From an uncultured Verrucomicrobiae bacterium (GTDB taxonomy: Bacteria > Verrucomicrobiota > Verrucomicrobiia > Limisphaerales > Palsa-1400): DNA of 64,000 nucleotides. Shown here in pieces: positions 9,748 through 19,013 of this stretch (position 1 is the first letter of the stretch; each line of letters begins with the position of its first letter). The stretch lies in contig CAVXRD010000002.1 of NCBI GenBank assembly GCA_963764165.1, positions 2,432,001 through 2,496,000 on the forward strand. The letters are read 5' to 3'. The notes under the pieces were generated by a model. That model ran no database searches, was not told the origin of the DNA, and saw nothing but the letters and a program-made list of their open reading frames with translations. Position numbers and translations under genes: made by a program.

Positions 9748-11220
9748 TCACTTCTTGACAGCTTTCATTTCCTCGGCCGTGGCCGCGCGCGGCCAGACCA
9801 TATCCCGCCCACGGGCGAAACCGGGCATGTCTGCGCCCCTCGGCGTCGGATCACCGCCGTCGTCGATGCCGTCCTTGCCAATGGAGTAAAGCAGAAAAGT
9901 TCCATCGGCGTTCAGTTTGTAGCGCAAGCTTTTCCCATCTTGATAATCGATCGGGATGCTTTTTAGATGCGCTGGAACCATCTCTGCCAGCGTCGCGGGA
10001 TACTTGTGCTGCGCCCGCTTGCAGCGCTCCAAGGCAATCGCGGCCGCTGCCAGGCTCGCTTCCGTTCTCGCCAGAGCCTGGCCGGCCAGAAAGTTTTCCT
10101 CGAGATCGATGAGGCTGGCCAGGTTTTTTCTTCCCTCCCAGTTGGTCTTCAAGGCTGCCGCGCTTTCCTTCAATTTTCCTGGATCGTGGCTGGCATCGAT
10201 CAACATTTGCATCTTCTCAAGATAAATGCGCTCATCGTCGTAAGACCAAATCCAGCACCATCCCCAATACCGCGGATACGATGTGATGGCGTCTTTGATT
10301 CCTTCCTTCGAATTCAAAAGAAAACTATTCCAAACCTCCTTGCCTTCCTTGACCTCCTGGCCATCGAGCCATTGGGCCATGCCTTCCCGGGATTGGCGCG
10401 CTCCCTCGAAATACCGATTGATGCCGGCTCTCTCGATGGTAATCGTTTTTGAGACGTCCAATGACTCGATCTCGTTTTCCCACTCCCTCTGCAACGCTTC
10501 CAACTGCTGTTCATTCCAGCACTCCCCTTGCAGCCCCTCCCATGTCGAGGTCATAACGGAACCAACCATGCCGCGGCAGAAAATCTGGTTGATCATCAGC
10601 GGATTTGCGCCCGTCAATTCGGTCAGGCGGAGGCCGTTTATGATTTGATCAAGAGCTTCGTCATTGCTCCCTTGATGGAGATTCAGCAGCGCCATCGCGC
10701 AGAGAGCCTGGACCGCTTCTCTCACGTTCGAAAGCTGCAGCAAAGGCTGGTTCGGCGAAGCTTGATCCTGCGGCATGACATCGCCCATGAAGTGGACTCC
10801 GCCACCGGCGGCGAGCTGCCCCACACGATTTGGAGTCATTCCCTGGGCTTTTACTTTTTTGACAAAGCCCGGCCAGACGTTCGTCGGCGGCTTTGGCCCC
10901 GGCCCCGGCGACTCCTCCATGCATTCCTCCTCCTTCCACGCCACGCGCGCCACGCCCGGCTTGATGACGTGCATTCCGTGGGGAATCGGATCCCAATTCC
11001 AAATGCTCGCGAGCAGCGTCAAAAATTCGCCTGTATTTGTGCTGTCGCCGGACGGCTTTGAAACAAATTCTTCAATGTTTAGTTTTTCGCCCTTCGCGAT
11101 GAGTTGCTTTCGATAGGCGTTCAATCTCGCTTGAGCGCGCCAGCGCATGGTGAAAGGAATCAAGACGATGATGGCCACCACAACCACCACCAGCAGCCAG
11201 AATTTTCGTTTTCTTGACAC
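9748..11220 (-). CDS. Hypothetical membrane-anchored protein with pseudopilin-like C-terminal motif
   Basis: N-terminal TM (FWLLVVVVVAIIVLIPF); C-terminal AAIALER...YPATLAEMVP..L..IPIDY..G..LRY....FLLYSIGKDGIDDGG, resembling GspG-like tails. Confidence 0.7.
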   Translation of the reverse strand: MSRKRKFWLLVVVVVAIIVLIPFTMRWRAQARLNAYRKQLIAKGEKLNIEEFVSKPSGDSTNTGEFLTLLASIWNWDPIPHGMHVIKPGVARVAWKEEECMEESPGPGPKPPTNVWPGFVKKVKAQGMTPNRVGQLAAGGGVHFMGDVMPQDQASPNQPLLQLSNVREAVQALCAMALLNLHQGSNDEALDQIINGLRLTELTGANPLMINQIFCRGMVGSVMTSTWEGLQGECWNEQQLEALQREWENEIESLDVSKTITIERAGINRYFEGARQSREGMAQWLDGQEVKEGKEVWNSFLLNSKEGIKDAITSYPRYWGWCWIWSYDDERIYLEKMQMLIDASHDPGKLKESAAALKTNWEGRKNLASLIDLEENFLAGQALARTEASLAAAAIALERCKRAQHKYPATLAEMVPAHLKSIPIDYQDGKSLRYKLNADGTFLLYSIGKDGIDDGGDPTPRGADMPGFARGRDMVWPRAATAEEMKAVKK

Positions 11221-11225
11221 GATTT

Positions 11226-12089
11226 CTACGCGTTCAGAAAATAGGATCTCTGCTTTTCGCTGATGGGCATTTGCAATTTATCCATCACCTTCAGCATGTC
11301 TTCCCACACCTTGCGTTTCTCGCCCAGGGCCTGGTTTCGCAAGAGGTAGGAGGGATGAAATGTCGGCATCAAAGGCGTTCCCCGGAAATCCTGAAAATTG
11401 CCGCGCATTTTTGTTATTCCTCCGGCGATTCCGAGCAAGCCCTCCAAAGCTGTCCCTCCCAAGGCAACCAAAACCTTCGGCCGGATCAGCTCGATTTGTT
11501 CCAGCAAAAATGGACTGCATGTCGCCATTTCGGTAGTGGTCGGTTTGCGATTTCCGCTTGTCTGCCCCGGCGTGTCCGGGCGGCATTTCAGAATGTTCGC
11601 GATGTAAACTGTCTCACGGCTCAGGCCCATGGTCTTGATGATGCGTGTCAACAGTTGGCCTGCCGCGCCCACGAACGGTTCGCCCTGGACATCTTCATCC
11701 GCGCCCGGCGCTTCCCCGACGAACATGAGTTGCGCGTGAATATCGCCGACGCCAAAAACGACGTTTTTCCTGCTTGATACGAGGTGCGGGCACTTGACGC
11801 ACGCCATCACGCGTTCTTTCAAGGAAGCCATGGCAGCAGCAGCATGCTGGACAAGCGCCGGCGGTTTTAGTTCCGTGGGGAGTGGTGGCACAATGGCTGC
11901 CACCAGTGGCGCCGTGGGCTGCGGAAGGAGCTCTGGCGCGGGCTTTGCAATCGCAACTTCGGCGCGCGGCGGAGGGCCGCTAAGCATGCGCAGCGTTTCT
12001 TTTTCAACAGGGATAAAGCGGACGCCCGAATGCCTCAGCGCCAGCAGATGCCGCTCGGTTGAATCAAGGACGCGTTGAAAATCATTCAT
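11226..12089 (-). CDS. udg: Uracil-DNA glycosylase, family 4 (Fe-S)
   Basis: [45 protein letters not shown] motifs. Confidence 0.92.
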   Translation of the reverse strand: MNDFQRVLDSTERHLLALRHSGVRFIPVEKETLRMLSGPPPRAEVAIAKPAPELLPQPTAPLVAAIVPPLPTELKPPALVQHAAAAMASLKERVMACVKCPHLVSSRKNVVFGVGDIHAQLMFVGEAPGADEDVQGEPFVGAAGQLLTRIIKTMGLSRETVYIANILKCRPDTPGQTSGNRKPTTTEMATCSPFLLEQIELIRPKVLVALGGTALEGLLGIAGGITKMRGNFQDFRGTPLMPTFHPSYLLRNQALGEKRKVWEDMLKVMDKLQMPISEKQRSYFLNA

Positions 12090-12224
12090 CTCCGTGAGTG
12101 TAATGATCCGCGCGCAACGGACACGACTATCTTGTTAATTGTTGCTCACCGGTAATTCACAACGCACATGGGTCCTATATGCCCTATACGTCCTATCTCC
12201 CCGGCCTTGCCGCGCCTCCCAAAA

Positions 12225-13334
12225 TCAACTCAGCCGCATCGGCATGACCACGTAAAGAAACGGGCCGTTTATCTTCAGCACTCCCGGACTCAACTCGTCG
12301 ATCAATTCCAGAAAAACTTCGTCGTCTGTCAACGCCGTTAGCGGCTCTACCAAATACGCCGGATTGAAGGCGATGGCCATGTCCTTGCCCTTGTAATTGA
12401 TGGCCAGACTCTCGCGGGCTTCGCCAACTTCCGGCGAATTCGCCGTGATGGCCAGGTTGTTTCGCGTGATGGAAACTTTGATGGAGTTTGCCTTGTCGCT
12501 GGTCATGATTTGCGCGCGCCGCGTGGCGGCCAGCAATTCTTCGCGGGGCAATGCGATGCGTTCCTTGGCTTCGCTCGGAATGACCTGGCGGTAATTCGGG
12601 TAATTGCCTTCCACCAATTTCGAAATAATCAAAATCGTGAAGCCCTTGTCATCCTTGAGCGTGAACGAAGCGTGGTTCTCCACGTAGCAAATTTCAATAT
12701 CCCCCTTGTCGCCGAGCAGACGGGACAATTCGTTGACTGTCTTGGTCGGAATGATGAATTCGCCCTGGCTCGTTTCGGGAATATCGACTTCCTCATCGAC
12801 CAGCGCTAGGCGGCGTCCGTCCGTGGCGACCATCGTTATCTTGTGTTCCTTGAGGCTGATGAAAATTCCATTGAGGACGTAGCGTGATTCGTCGCTCGAT
12901 ATGGCGAAGCCGGTTTTCTTCAGCATCCCGCGGAATTTCTCCTGCGGCAGCGTGATTTTCTTGTCTTCCTTGAGCGGGCTGACCGGCGGAAATTCGTCCG
13001 CGCTCAGTCCATTGATTTTGTAAAACGACGCGCCCGCCCGGATGCTGCTGGCGTTTTTCTCATCCACTTCCAATTCGATTTCCGGGCTGGCCAGCTCTTT
13101 GATGATGCTGAAAAAGCGTTTGACTGGAATCGTGGTTGCGCCCTTCTTTTTTACATTGGCCTCGACCGAACAGGAGACGCTCACGTCCAAATCCGTGGCG
13201 ATCAATTCCAATTTATTGTCGCCCGCCTTCAAAAGAACGTTCGACAAAATCGGCAGCGTGGTCCGGCTGCTGACGATATTTTGCACTGATTGCAAACCGT
13301 GAATCAGTTGATCTTTCGCGACGGTCAGATTCAT
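12225..13334 (-). CDS. dnaN: DNA polymerase III beta sliding clamp
   Basis: 369 aa from MNLTVAKDQ; TTLPILSNVL, ATDLD, DESRYVLNG, VATDGRRL, EGNYPNY and C-terminal YVVMPMRL. Confidence 0.97.
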   Translation of the reverse strand: MNLTVAKDQLIHGLQSVQNIVSSRTTLPILSNVLLKAGDNKLELIATDLDVSVSCSVEANVKKKGATTIPVKRFFSIIKELASPEIELEVDEKNASSIRAGASFYKINGLSADEFPPVSPLKEDKKITLPQEKFRGMLKKTGFAISSDESRYVLNGIFISLKEHKITMVATDGRRLALVDEEVDIPETSQGEFIIPTKTVNELSRLLGDKGDIEICYVENHASFTLKDDKGFTILIISKLVEGNYPNYRQVIPSEAKERIALPREELLAATRRAQIMTSDKANSIKVSITRNNLAITANSPEVGEARESLAINYKGKDMAIAFNPAYLVEPLTALTDDEVFLELIDELSPGVLKINGPFLYVVMPMRLS

Positions 13335-13339
13335 GCGTT

Positions 13340-13560
13340 CTTTAATATACTCTTTTCTCTTAGAGAGAAACACTATTATTAAGGGTTGTGAATAATGCAA
13401 GCTTTCGACGCAAGCGGCTTGAAACAAACTGGTTACAGAGCATTGAAATTGTGAAGATCAGCGCGGGTCGAAAAGTGAAAACGGGAAAAGCCCGAGTTAT
13501 TGGCACACGGCACATTTTATTCACAGGCAATTCAATAGCCACGAGCCTGCTTAATCACAT
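13340..13560. promoter_or_regulatory. DnaA-box cluster plus AT-rich stretch upstream of dnaN (candidate oriC or DnaA-controlled promoter)
   Basis: TGTGAATAA at 13387-13395 and TTATTCACA at 13517-13525 both match TTWTNCACA; near matches at 13450-13458 and 13551-13559; AT-rich 13341-13396. Confidence 0.6.
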
Positions 13561-14677
13561 TTCCGAAAATCCCCTCCGCCGCCAGAACTTCTTCCATGGT
13601 GGAATCGCGGCCGAGGGAAAATCGAACGAGTGAACTGGCCAGACTTTTTTCAATGCCGAGCGCGAGCATGACATGCGAAGGCGTCAAAGCGCCGGACGCG
13701 CAGGCGGAGCCGCTCGAAGCGCACACTCCTTCCAAATCGAGCCCGGCCAAAAGCGTCGCGCTGTCACAGTCCGTCACTGTGAAGGCAACGGTGTTTGACA
13801 GGCGCGAGGAAAACGAACCGCGCAATTGAACACCCTCCACTGATTTGCTGAATTCAATTAAATGAGCCGTCAGTCTTCTCAACGGTTCTTCGGGAAAAAC
13901 CGGTGGTGTTATGAATCGCTCGACAGTTTCCGTCAGGCCAATGATGGCGGAGACGTTTTCAGTTCCCGCGCGGCGTTCGTTTTCGTGCGCCCCGCCAAAA
14001 ATAATCGAATGCGGTTGAAGCGGCGATTTGACGTAGAGTGCTCCAGCGCCTTTCGGACCGTGAAGCTTGTGCGCGCAAAACGTGACGAGGTCCGCATTGA
14101 ATTGGGCAATGCCAGCAAACGGAACTTTGCCAAAAGATTGCGAGGCATCCGTGTGAAAATAAATCCCGCGCTCACGGCAGATGGCTCCAAATTCCGCAGT
14201 TGGCTGGATAGTGCCCGTTTCGTTATTGGCGGACATCAGCGAAACCAAAGTCGTGTCCGGGCGAATCGACTCTCGTAAATCATCGGGAGAAATCAGGCCC
14301 TCAGCATTTACCGGCAAGTAGGTGACCTTGAAATTCTCGTATTTGGCCAGATACTCGAAGCAGTGCAAAACCGCGTGGTGCTCGATCGTCGATGTGATGA
14401 GATGACGGCCCTTTTCCCTCAGCAATCGGGCGGTGCCGAAAATGGCGAAATTGTCGCTTTCGGTTCCTCCGCTGGTAAAAACAACCTCGCTTGGCTTGCA
14501 TTTCCAAACCACGGAAACACGATCGCGCGCGTCGTCCAACAAGGCGCGGGCGCGGCGGCCAATGTGATGCGTGCTGGACGGATTTCCATAAATCTCGTCC
14601 AGAAACGGCGCCATCGCATCGCGAACCCGCGCGTCCAGCGGAGTCGTCGCATTGTAATCAAAATAAATCGTTTTCAA
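13532..14677 (-). CDS. iscS: Cysteine desulfurase (IscS/NifS family, PLP-dependent)
   Basis: IYFDYNATTP, FTSGGTESDN, EHHAV, ANNETGTIQP, HTDASQ, AHKLHGPKG, RAGTEN, SSGSAC; TTG start. Confidence 0.92.
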   Translation of the reverse strand: MKTIYFDYNATTPLDARVRDAMAPFLDEIYGNPSSTHHIGRRARALLDDARDRVSVVWKCKPSEVVFTSGGTESDNFAIFGTARLLREKGRHLITSTIEHHAVLHCFEYLAKYENFKVTYLPVNAEGLISPDDLRESIRPDTTLVSLMSANNETGTIQPTAEFGAICRERGIYFHTDASQSFGKVPFAGIAQFNADLVTFCAHKLHGPKGAGALYVKSPLQPHSIIFGGAHENERRAGTENVSAIIGLTETVERFITPPVFPEEPLRRLTAHLIEFSKSVEGVQLRGSFSSRLSNTVAFTVTDCDSATLLAGLDLEGVCASSGSACASGALTPSHVMLALGIEKSLASSLVRFSLGRDSTMEEVLAAEGIFGNVIKQARGY

Positions 14678-14678
14678 G

Positions 14679-14704
14679 GTAGGGACGCCTCGTCGAGGCG
14701 TCCG
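14679..14704 (+). repeat. REP-like palindrome with GTAG head
   Basis: GTAG-GGACGCCTCG-TCGAGGCGTCC hairpin in the 38-bp gap between two genes. Confidence 0.5.
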
Positions 14705-14715
14705 GGCGGAGGATC

Positions 14716-15858
14716 TCAGACCGACGAAGAGTGGGTCAAAACCAAATCCCGATCCGGATCAATTCCCCATTCTTTCCCCACCGCTTCCAAATCAGGCGAC
14801 ATGCCCCAGCGGTCGGCCTCGGCCGCCGTGGTATGGCTGCGATTGGCTCCTTTGAGCGCCATGCAACCACGGTTGTTGCCTATATCCGCGAGATGCGCCA
14901 CTTCATCCGCTGTCAACGTCACATCGGGCAGCGCTGCCAGTTCGTCTGTTTTTTCTTCGACGCTTTTTTCGGCATTCGTTTCTTGAATCAATGTCGGCAC
15001 AACGGATTTAACGGGCGCCTGCGACAAATTCCAAATGCAGGCTAATTGCAGCGGCGTAAGGCCATATTTCTCGGCGACGGGGCGCATCTGATCCAATTTC
15101 ACATTGCCCGCCTCAATCCAACCAGGCGGACGAAAAGCGCGGTGATCCTGCGCGCCAAATTTGTGGCCAGCTTTGACGTCGTCGTGAAAGACGCCGCCGT
15201 AATCCACCACGCGCGTGATCAAATTAATATCATATTTGACAGCCGCGGGCAGCACGAGCTGGCCGGGCCACGGTTCGAGCGGATTGAGAATGATCATCGC
15301 CCAATCCAGCAGCGGCCCGAACCGCTCGAAACACAAAATCATGTCCAGCGTAAAACCGTTGGCGGGGCCGGGCGCGATGCCGATGCGCTCCGTCAGACCC
15401 GCTTCAATGAGCCTGCTCATGCCGTCCCAAACGCGGTCGCTGCTGTAACCAGTGGAATCGGGATTGTGCAGCAGCAGAACATCAAATTTGTCAGCGCCGC
15501 AGCGCTCCAAAGATTTCTCGGTGGCCATGCGCAGGTAATCCGCAAATTCCGGCGGCTGGCGAAGCTGGGGATCGGAAAAGCGCGGATAGCCGCGCGAACC
15601 TTGCCGGGCGCCTTTGTAAAAATCATGGCCAATAGCGCCAGCCAGACAATATTCAGAGCGCGGAATTCCCGCCAGCGCGCGGCCAAGCAAGGAATCCGCC
15701 GCGCCCGCGCCGTAAACATCCGCCGTCAGGAAGGTGCGGATGCCGCGATCAAAAGCATGGCGAACCAGCATCGTCCAGCGTTCGTCCGAGAGCGGCTCGC
15801 CGTAATTCATAAAGCGCCCGCCGTTCCAGGCGCCGAAGGCAGTCCTCGTAATGTCCAT
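14716..15858 (-). CDS. Aldo/keto reductase
   Basis: AFGAW, TADVYGAG.ADSLLGRAL, EKSLERCG.D.FDVLLLHNPD; start MDITRT chosen because TAAACT lies 7 nt upstream (alternative start 15900). Confidence 0.85.
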   Translation of the reverse strand: MDITRTAFGAWNGGRFMNYGEPLSDERWTMLVRHAFDRGIRTFLTADVYGAGAADSLLGRALAGIPRSEYCLAGAIGHDFYKGARQGSRGYPRFSDPQLRQPPEFADYLRMATEKSLERCGADKFDVLLLHNPDSTGYSSDRVWDGMSRLIEAGLTERIGIAPGPANGFTLDMILCFERFGPLLDWAMIILNPLEPWPGQLVLPAAVKYDINLITRVVDYGGVFHDDVKAGHKFGAQDHRAFRPPGWIEAGNVKLDQMRPVAEKYGLTPLQLACIWNLSQAPVKSVVPTLIQETNAEKSVEEKTDELAALPDVTLTADEVAHLADIGNNRGCMALKGANRSHTTAAEADRWGMSPDLEAVGKEWGIDPDRDLVLTHSSSV

Positions 15859-15971
15859 GCCGGAAAGTTTAAGCGCGGGCGGCGCGGTTGCAAACGGCAT
15901 TTTGCGGTGCTATACCGCAGGCGGCGCATTCAGTTTATGGCACAACCAAATACCCAGGGGAATAAGTCTGA

Positions 15972-16118
15972 TTCTCTCGCCCCGCCCGCGGGGAGAGGGT
16001 TAGGGAGAGGGGAACTTGGCAAAGGATATAATCTCAGACGATTGCGAAACGGACGGCGTCGAGAGGAATTTATGGGGCACCCTCTCTCCTTCCCTCTCCC
16101 TGCCTTGCAGGGCGAGAG
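15972..16118. repeat. BoxC/CIR-like inverted-repeat element (MITE-like)
   Basis: Left arm CTCTCGCCCCGCCCGCGGGGAGAGGGTTAGGGAGAGGGG; right arm CCCTCTCTCCTTCCCTCTCCCTGCCTTGCAGGGCGAGAG is an imperfect reverse complement; ~65-nt spacer. Confidence 0.6.
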
Positions 16119-16207
16119 CGACCACTCGTCTGCCTGCCGAGGGTTCTTCGTTCTTCAGTCTTGCCAAAAACTGAGATGCAGCCTGGCGCTGGCGATTCAA
16201 AAGCCGA

Positions 16208-19012
16208 ATGACCTTCCTTCCAATTGTTGACAGAGAGTTGCGCGAGACATCGCGGCGCGCGGCGACCTATTGGCTGCGGTGCCGGGTGGCCTTCCTCTCG
16301 ATTCTGGTGGGCGGCATCGGGTATGGCGTCAATTTCATCTATCCACCACTAAAGCTGGGGACGTTTCTTTTCTGGGGCCTTTCCGGTGTATCGATGCTGT
16401 TCTGTTTGTTCGCGGGCCGGCGCTCGACGGCGGATTGCCTGAGCCAGGAGAAGAGGGAGGGAACGCTCGGTTTGTTATTCTTGACGGATTTGAAGGGTTA
16501 CGACGTCGTCTTTGGCAAAATGGTGGGGACATCCATTTCGGCGTTTTATGCGCTCTTGACGATTCTCCCGGTCACGGCGGTGGCGCTGCTGGCGGGCGGG
16601 GTGGCCAAGGGCGAATTATGGCGGATGGCGCTCGTGTTGGTGAATGCGTTTTTCCTTTCGCTGGCCATCGGCATTTTTGCATCGTCCGTCAGCCGGCAGT
16701 ATCGGACGGCCATGGCCACGAACTTCTATGTGATGCTGATGGTCATGGGGGTTGCGACCGTGCTCACCTTCGTTTACAAAGCGGCGCCGGAGCCGCTCAA
16801 GTATTCGAGCCCCATCTACACCTTCATGCTTTGTTCCGAAAGAGTCTACAATGCGCAGGTGGTGGACTTTTGGAGATCGCTCGCGGCGACTCACGCCATC
16901 GCCTGGATGTTGACAGCGCTCGCGTGCTGGATCGTGCCAAGAACATGGGGCGACAAGCAGCCCAAACCCGCGGCGAAGAGGAGAAGTGTGCGAGAACTCG
17001 CGCGGACGTTGAATTACGGCTCGCGTGAAAAGTGCGTTGAATTTCGGAAGCGCGCCCTGGATATCAACGCCTATTTCTGGATGGCGGCCAAGGCGCGCTT
17101 GAAACCCGCGCAAGTGTGGGCCTTCCTCTTTCTCGCCGGCGTATGGTGGGCGGACGCACGATGGCGCGGCGGAGTTTTAATCATGAACTCCGAAATTCTC
17201 ATCTCCGCCGGCCTGGTGATCAATGGCACGCTGAGATTGTGGATTTTGACCGAGGCTGGGCAGGCCATGTTTGAAGATCGGAAGGGTGGCACGTTCGAAC
17301 TCATACTCGTGACGCCTCAGACAGTGCGCGACATTGTGCGCGGGCAATGGCTGGCCCTGCGCCGCCAATTTCTCTGGCCGCTGGTGGTTGTGACCTTGGT
17401 TGAACTGGAGTTCATGCGGCGTCTCCGAGGCTCGGAAGTTTATCTCTTCGGCGCGGCGGGATTAATCGTATTATGGGCCGACAGCGCCGCCATTGGATGG
17501 GTCGCGATGAATGCAGCCATGCGCCAAAAGACCCAAACGAAGGCGCTTGTCTTCACCCTCACGAGAATTCTCATTTTCCCATGGGCCCTGTTCACGATCG
17601 CCGTCTTGTCAATAGAATTGCTGCGGGAGGCGGAAATAATTCATTGGGATCTTGGAGAAAGAGCTGCCGTTTGTCTGTGGCTCGGATTGAGTGTGGGATT
17701 GGATTTAGTTTACGGCGCGGCCGCGCGCTGGCGTTTGCTCAAGGATTTTAGATCGCTCGCCCTGCCATCGGCTTATGGGGAGCCGCCCCGTCAGCCGGTC
17801 CGCGAATTTTTGAAATGGTTTTGGCGCGCCATCATTGAAAGAATGGCGCGAAGGATTCCCGCCCGGTGCAAGAAACTGGTTCTGGCGACCGGAGTCGCGG
17901 GGGCCGTGCTGGCGGTGGTGATGCTCGTGATGTGGCTGTTCGAGCCAGGGTATCCTTCAGCGGTGGAGATTGCGTTGTTGAACAACAACGGGCCGTTAAG
18001 AGTTTTCCCGGGCGGCGACAGCGGAGTTTTTTTCATTCTGCCTGATGGATCGCTGTGGCAATGGGGCAAACCCGGCGCTCCCCAATCAAAAAGGAGCGCG
18101 GCCCCGGAACAAGTCGGCGAGGATCGCGATTGGGAGAAAGTCGTGGCTGCGGGAACTCATTGTGTGGGGCTGCGAACGAACGGGACGCTGTGGGCGTGGG
18201 GTTTTAGCTTGGGCCTTTATTTCCCGGAGCCATTCGAGTTCAACAAGGAGAATGATTGGACGGATGTCGGGGTTTCGGCGCACAGCGTCATTGCTGTCAA
18301 CAGGGGAGGCAGGGCATGGGCGTGGAGCGGACCGCTTGTCGGCGACGCGCACGAGACCAACCGGCGCGCCTCTTACCTCGGTGACCGCTGGCTTCATGTG
18401 CATGGCGAGGACACCCCGGCGGGGCTGCGCACGAATGGAACGTTATGGATTGTTCACTCCGCGAACGCAGTGACACGGGTGGGAGCGGCGTCCAATTGGG
18501 TTGCGATAGAACCGGATGGCCTTTGCAGAAATCGCGATGGCGAACTTTTCGGCCCCATTCAACAAAGGGCGGGATTGGGCTACGGCGCCGACGTTGGTGG
18601 ATTAGTAAGCAAAAAGACCCCGGGCTACTACCGGCAAGCATCCCAATCGGCCTGGCTGCGGGCGGAAATTCATGGCAACGGAACTTTATGGGGCGCTCAA
18701 GGTTCGCCGGGGAAGCCGGCGGGAGCCGCCACCCAATTGGGCAAAAGGCAGGATTGGGTTGCCGTGTGGACAGTAAAAGCAACGGGATTTGGCATGACCG
18801 CTGACGGAACGGTGTGGACCTGGGGCCAGCAATTTGACAAGGATCCCGTCCGCATGAACGGATCCTTTTTAAGTGTTCTGCGTTACCGTTGGGCGGGCGC
18901 ACGGCTGGCATTTCCGGCCGGCGCCTCCGCGCAAATCCTGGCGGTGTGCGAAAAACCCCGGCCGCTTTTCAAAATGGAACCGCTGTCGACACAGGGGATG
19001 TGGATACATTAG
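16208..19012 (+). CDS. ABC-2-type permease (two modules) fused to a C-terminal RCC1-like beta-propeller
   Basis: IVDRELR...SQEKREGTLGLLFLT and EDRKGGTFELILVTP permease motifs; many TM segments; C-terminal LPDGSLWQWG, LRTNGTLWAWG, TADGTVWTWG repeats. Confidence 0.75.
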   Translation: MTFLPIVDRELRETSRRAATYWLRCRVAFLSILVGGIGYGVNFIYPPLKLGTFLFWGLSGVSMLFCLFAGRRSTADCLSQEKREGTLGLLFLTDLKGYDVVFGKMVGTSISAFYALLTILPVTAVALLAGGVAKGELWRMALVLVNAFFLSLAIGIFASSVSRQYRTAMATNFYVMLMVMGVATVLTFVYKAAPEPLKYSSPIYTFMLCSERVYNAQVVDFWRSLAATHAIAWMLTALACWIVPRTWGDKQPKPAAKRRSVRELARTLNYGSREKCVEFRKRALDINAYFWMAAKARLKPAQVWAFLFLAGVWWADARWRGGVLIMNSEILISAGLVINGTLRLWILTEAGQAMFEDRKGGTFELILVTPQTVRDIVRGQWLALRRQFLWPLVVVTLVELEFMRRLRGSEVYLFGAAGLIVLWADSAAIGWVAMNAAMRQKTQTKALVFTLTRILIFPWALFTIAVLSIELLREAEIIHWDLGERAAVCLWLGLSVGLDLVYGAAARWRLLKDFRSLALPSAYGEPPRQPVREFLKWFWRAIIERMARRIPARCKKLVLATGVAGAVLAVVMLVMWLFEPGYPSAVEIALLNNNGPLRVFPGGDSGVFFILPDGSLWQWGKPGAPQSKRSAAPEQVGEDRDWEKVVAAGTHCVGLRTNGTLWAWGFSLGLYFPEPFEFNKENDWTDVGVSAHSVIAVNRGGRAWAWSGPLVGDAHETNRRASYLGDRWLHVHGEDTPAGLRTNGTLWIVHSANAVTRVGAASNWVAIEPDGLCRNRDGELFGPIQQRAGLGYGADVGGLVSKKTPGYYRQASQSAWLRAEIHGNGTLWGAQGSPGKPAGAATQLGKRQDWVAVWTVKATGFGMTADGTVWTWGQQFDKDPVRMNGSFLSVLRYRWAGARLAFPAGASAQILAVCEKPRPLFKMEPLSTQGMWIH

Positions 19013-19013
19013 T

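Noticed and set aside
13335..13427. N-terminal extension of dnaN in the ORF track
   Set aside because: Clamp similarity starts at MNLTV (13334); the extension runs through the AT-rich DnaA-box region.
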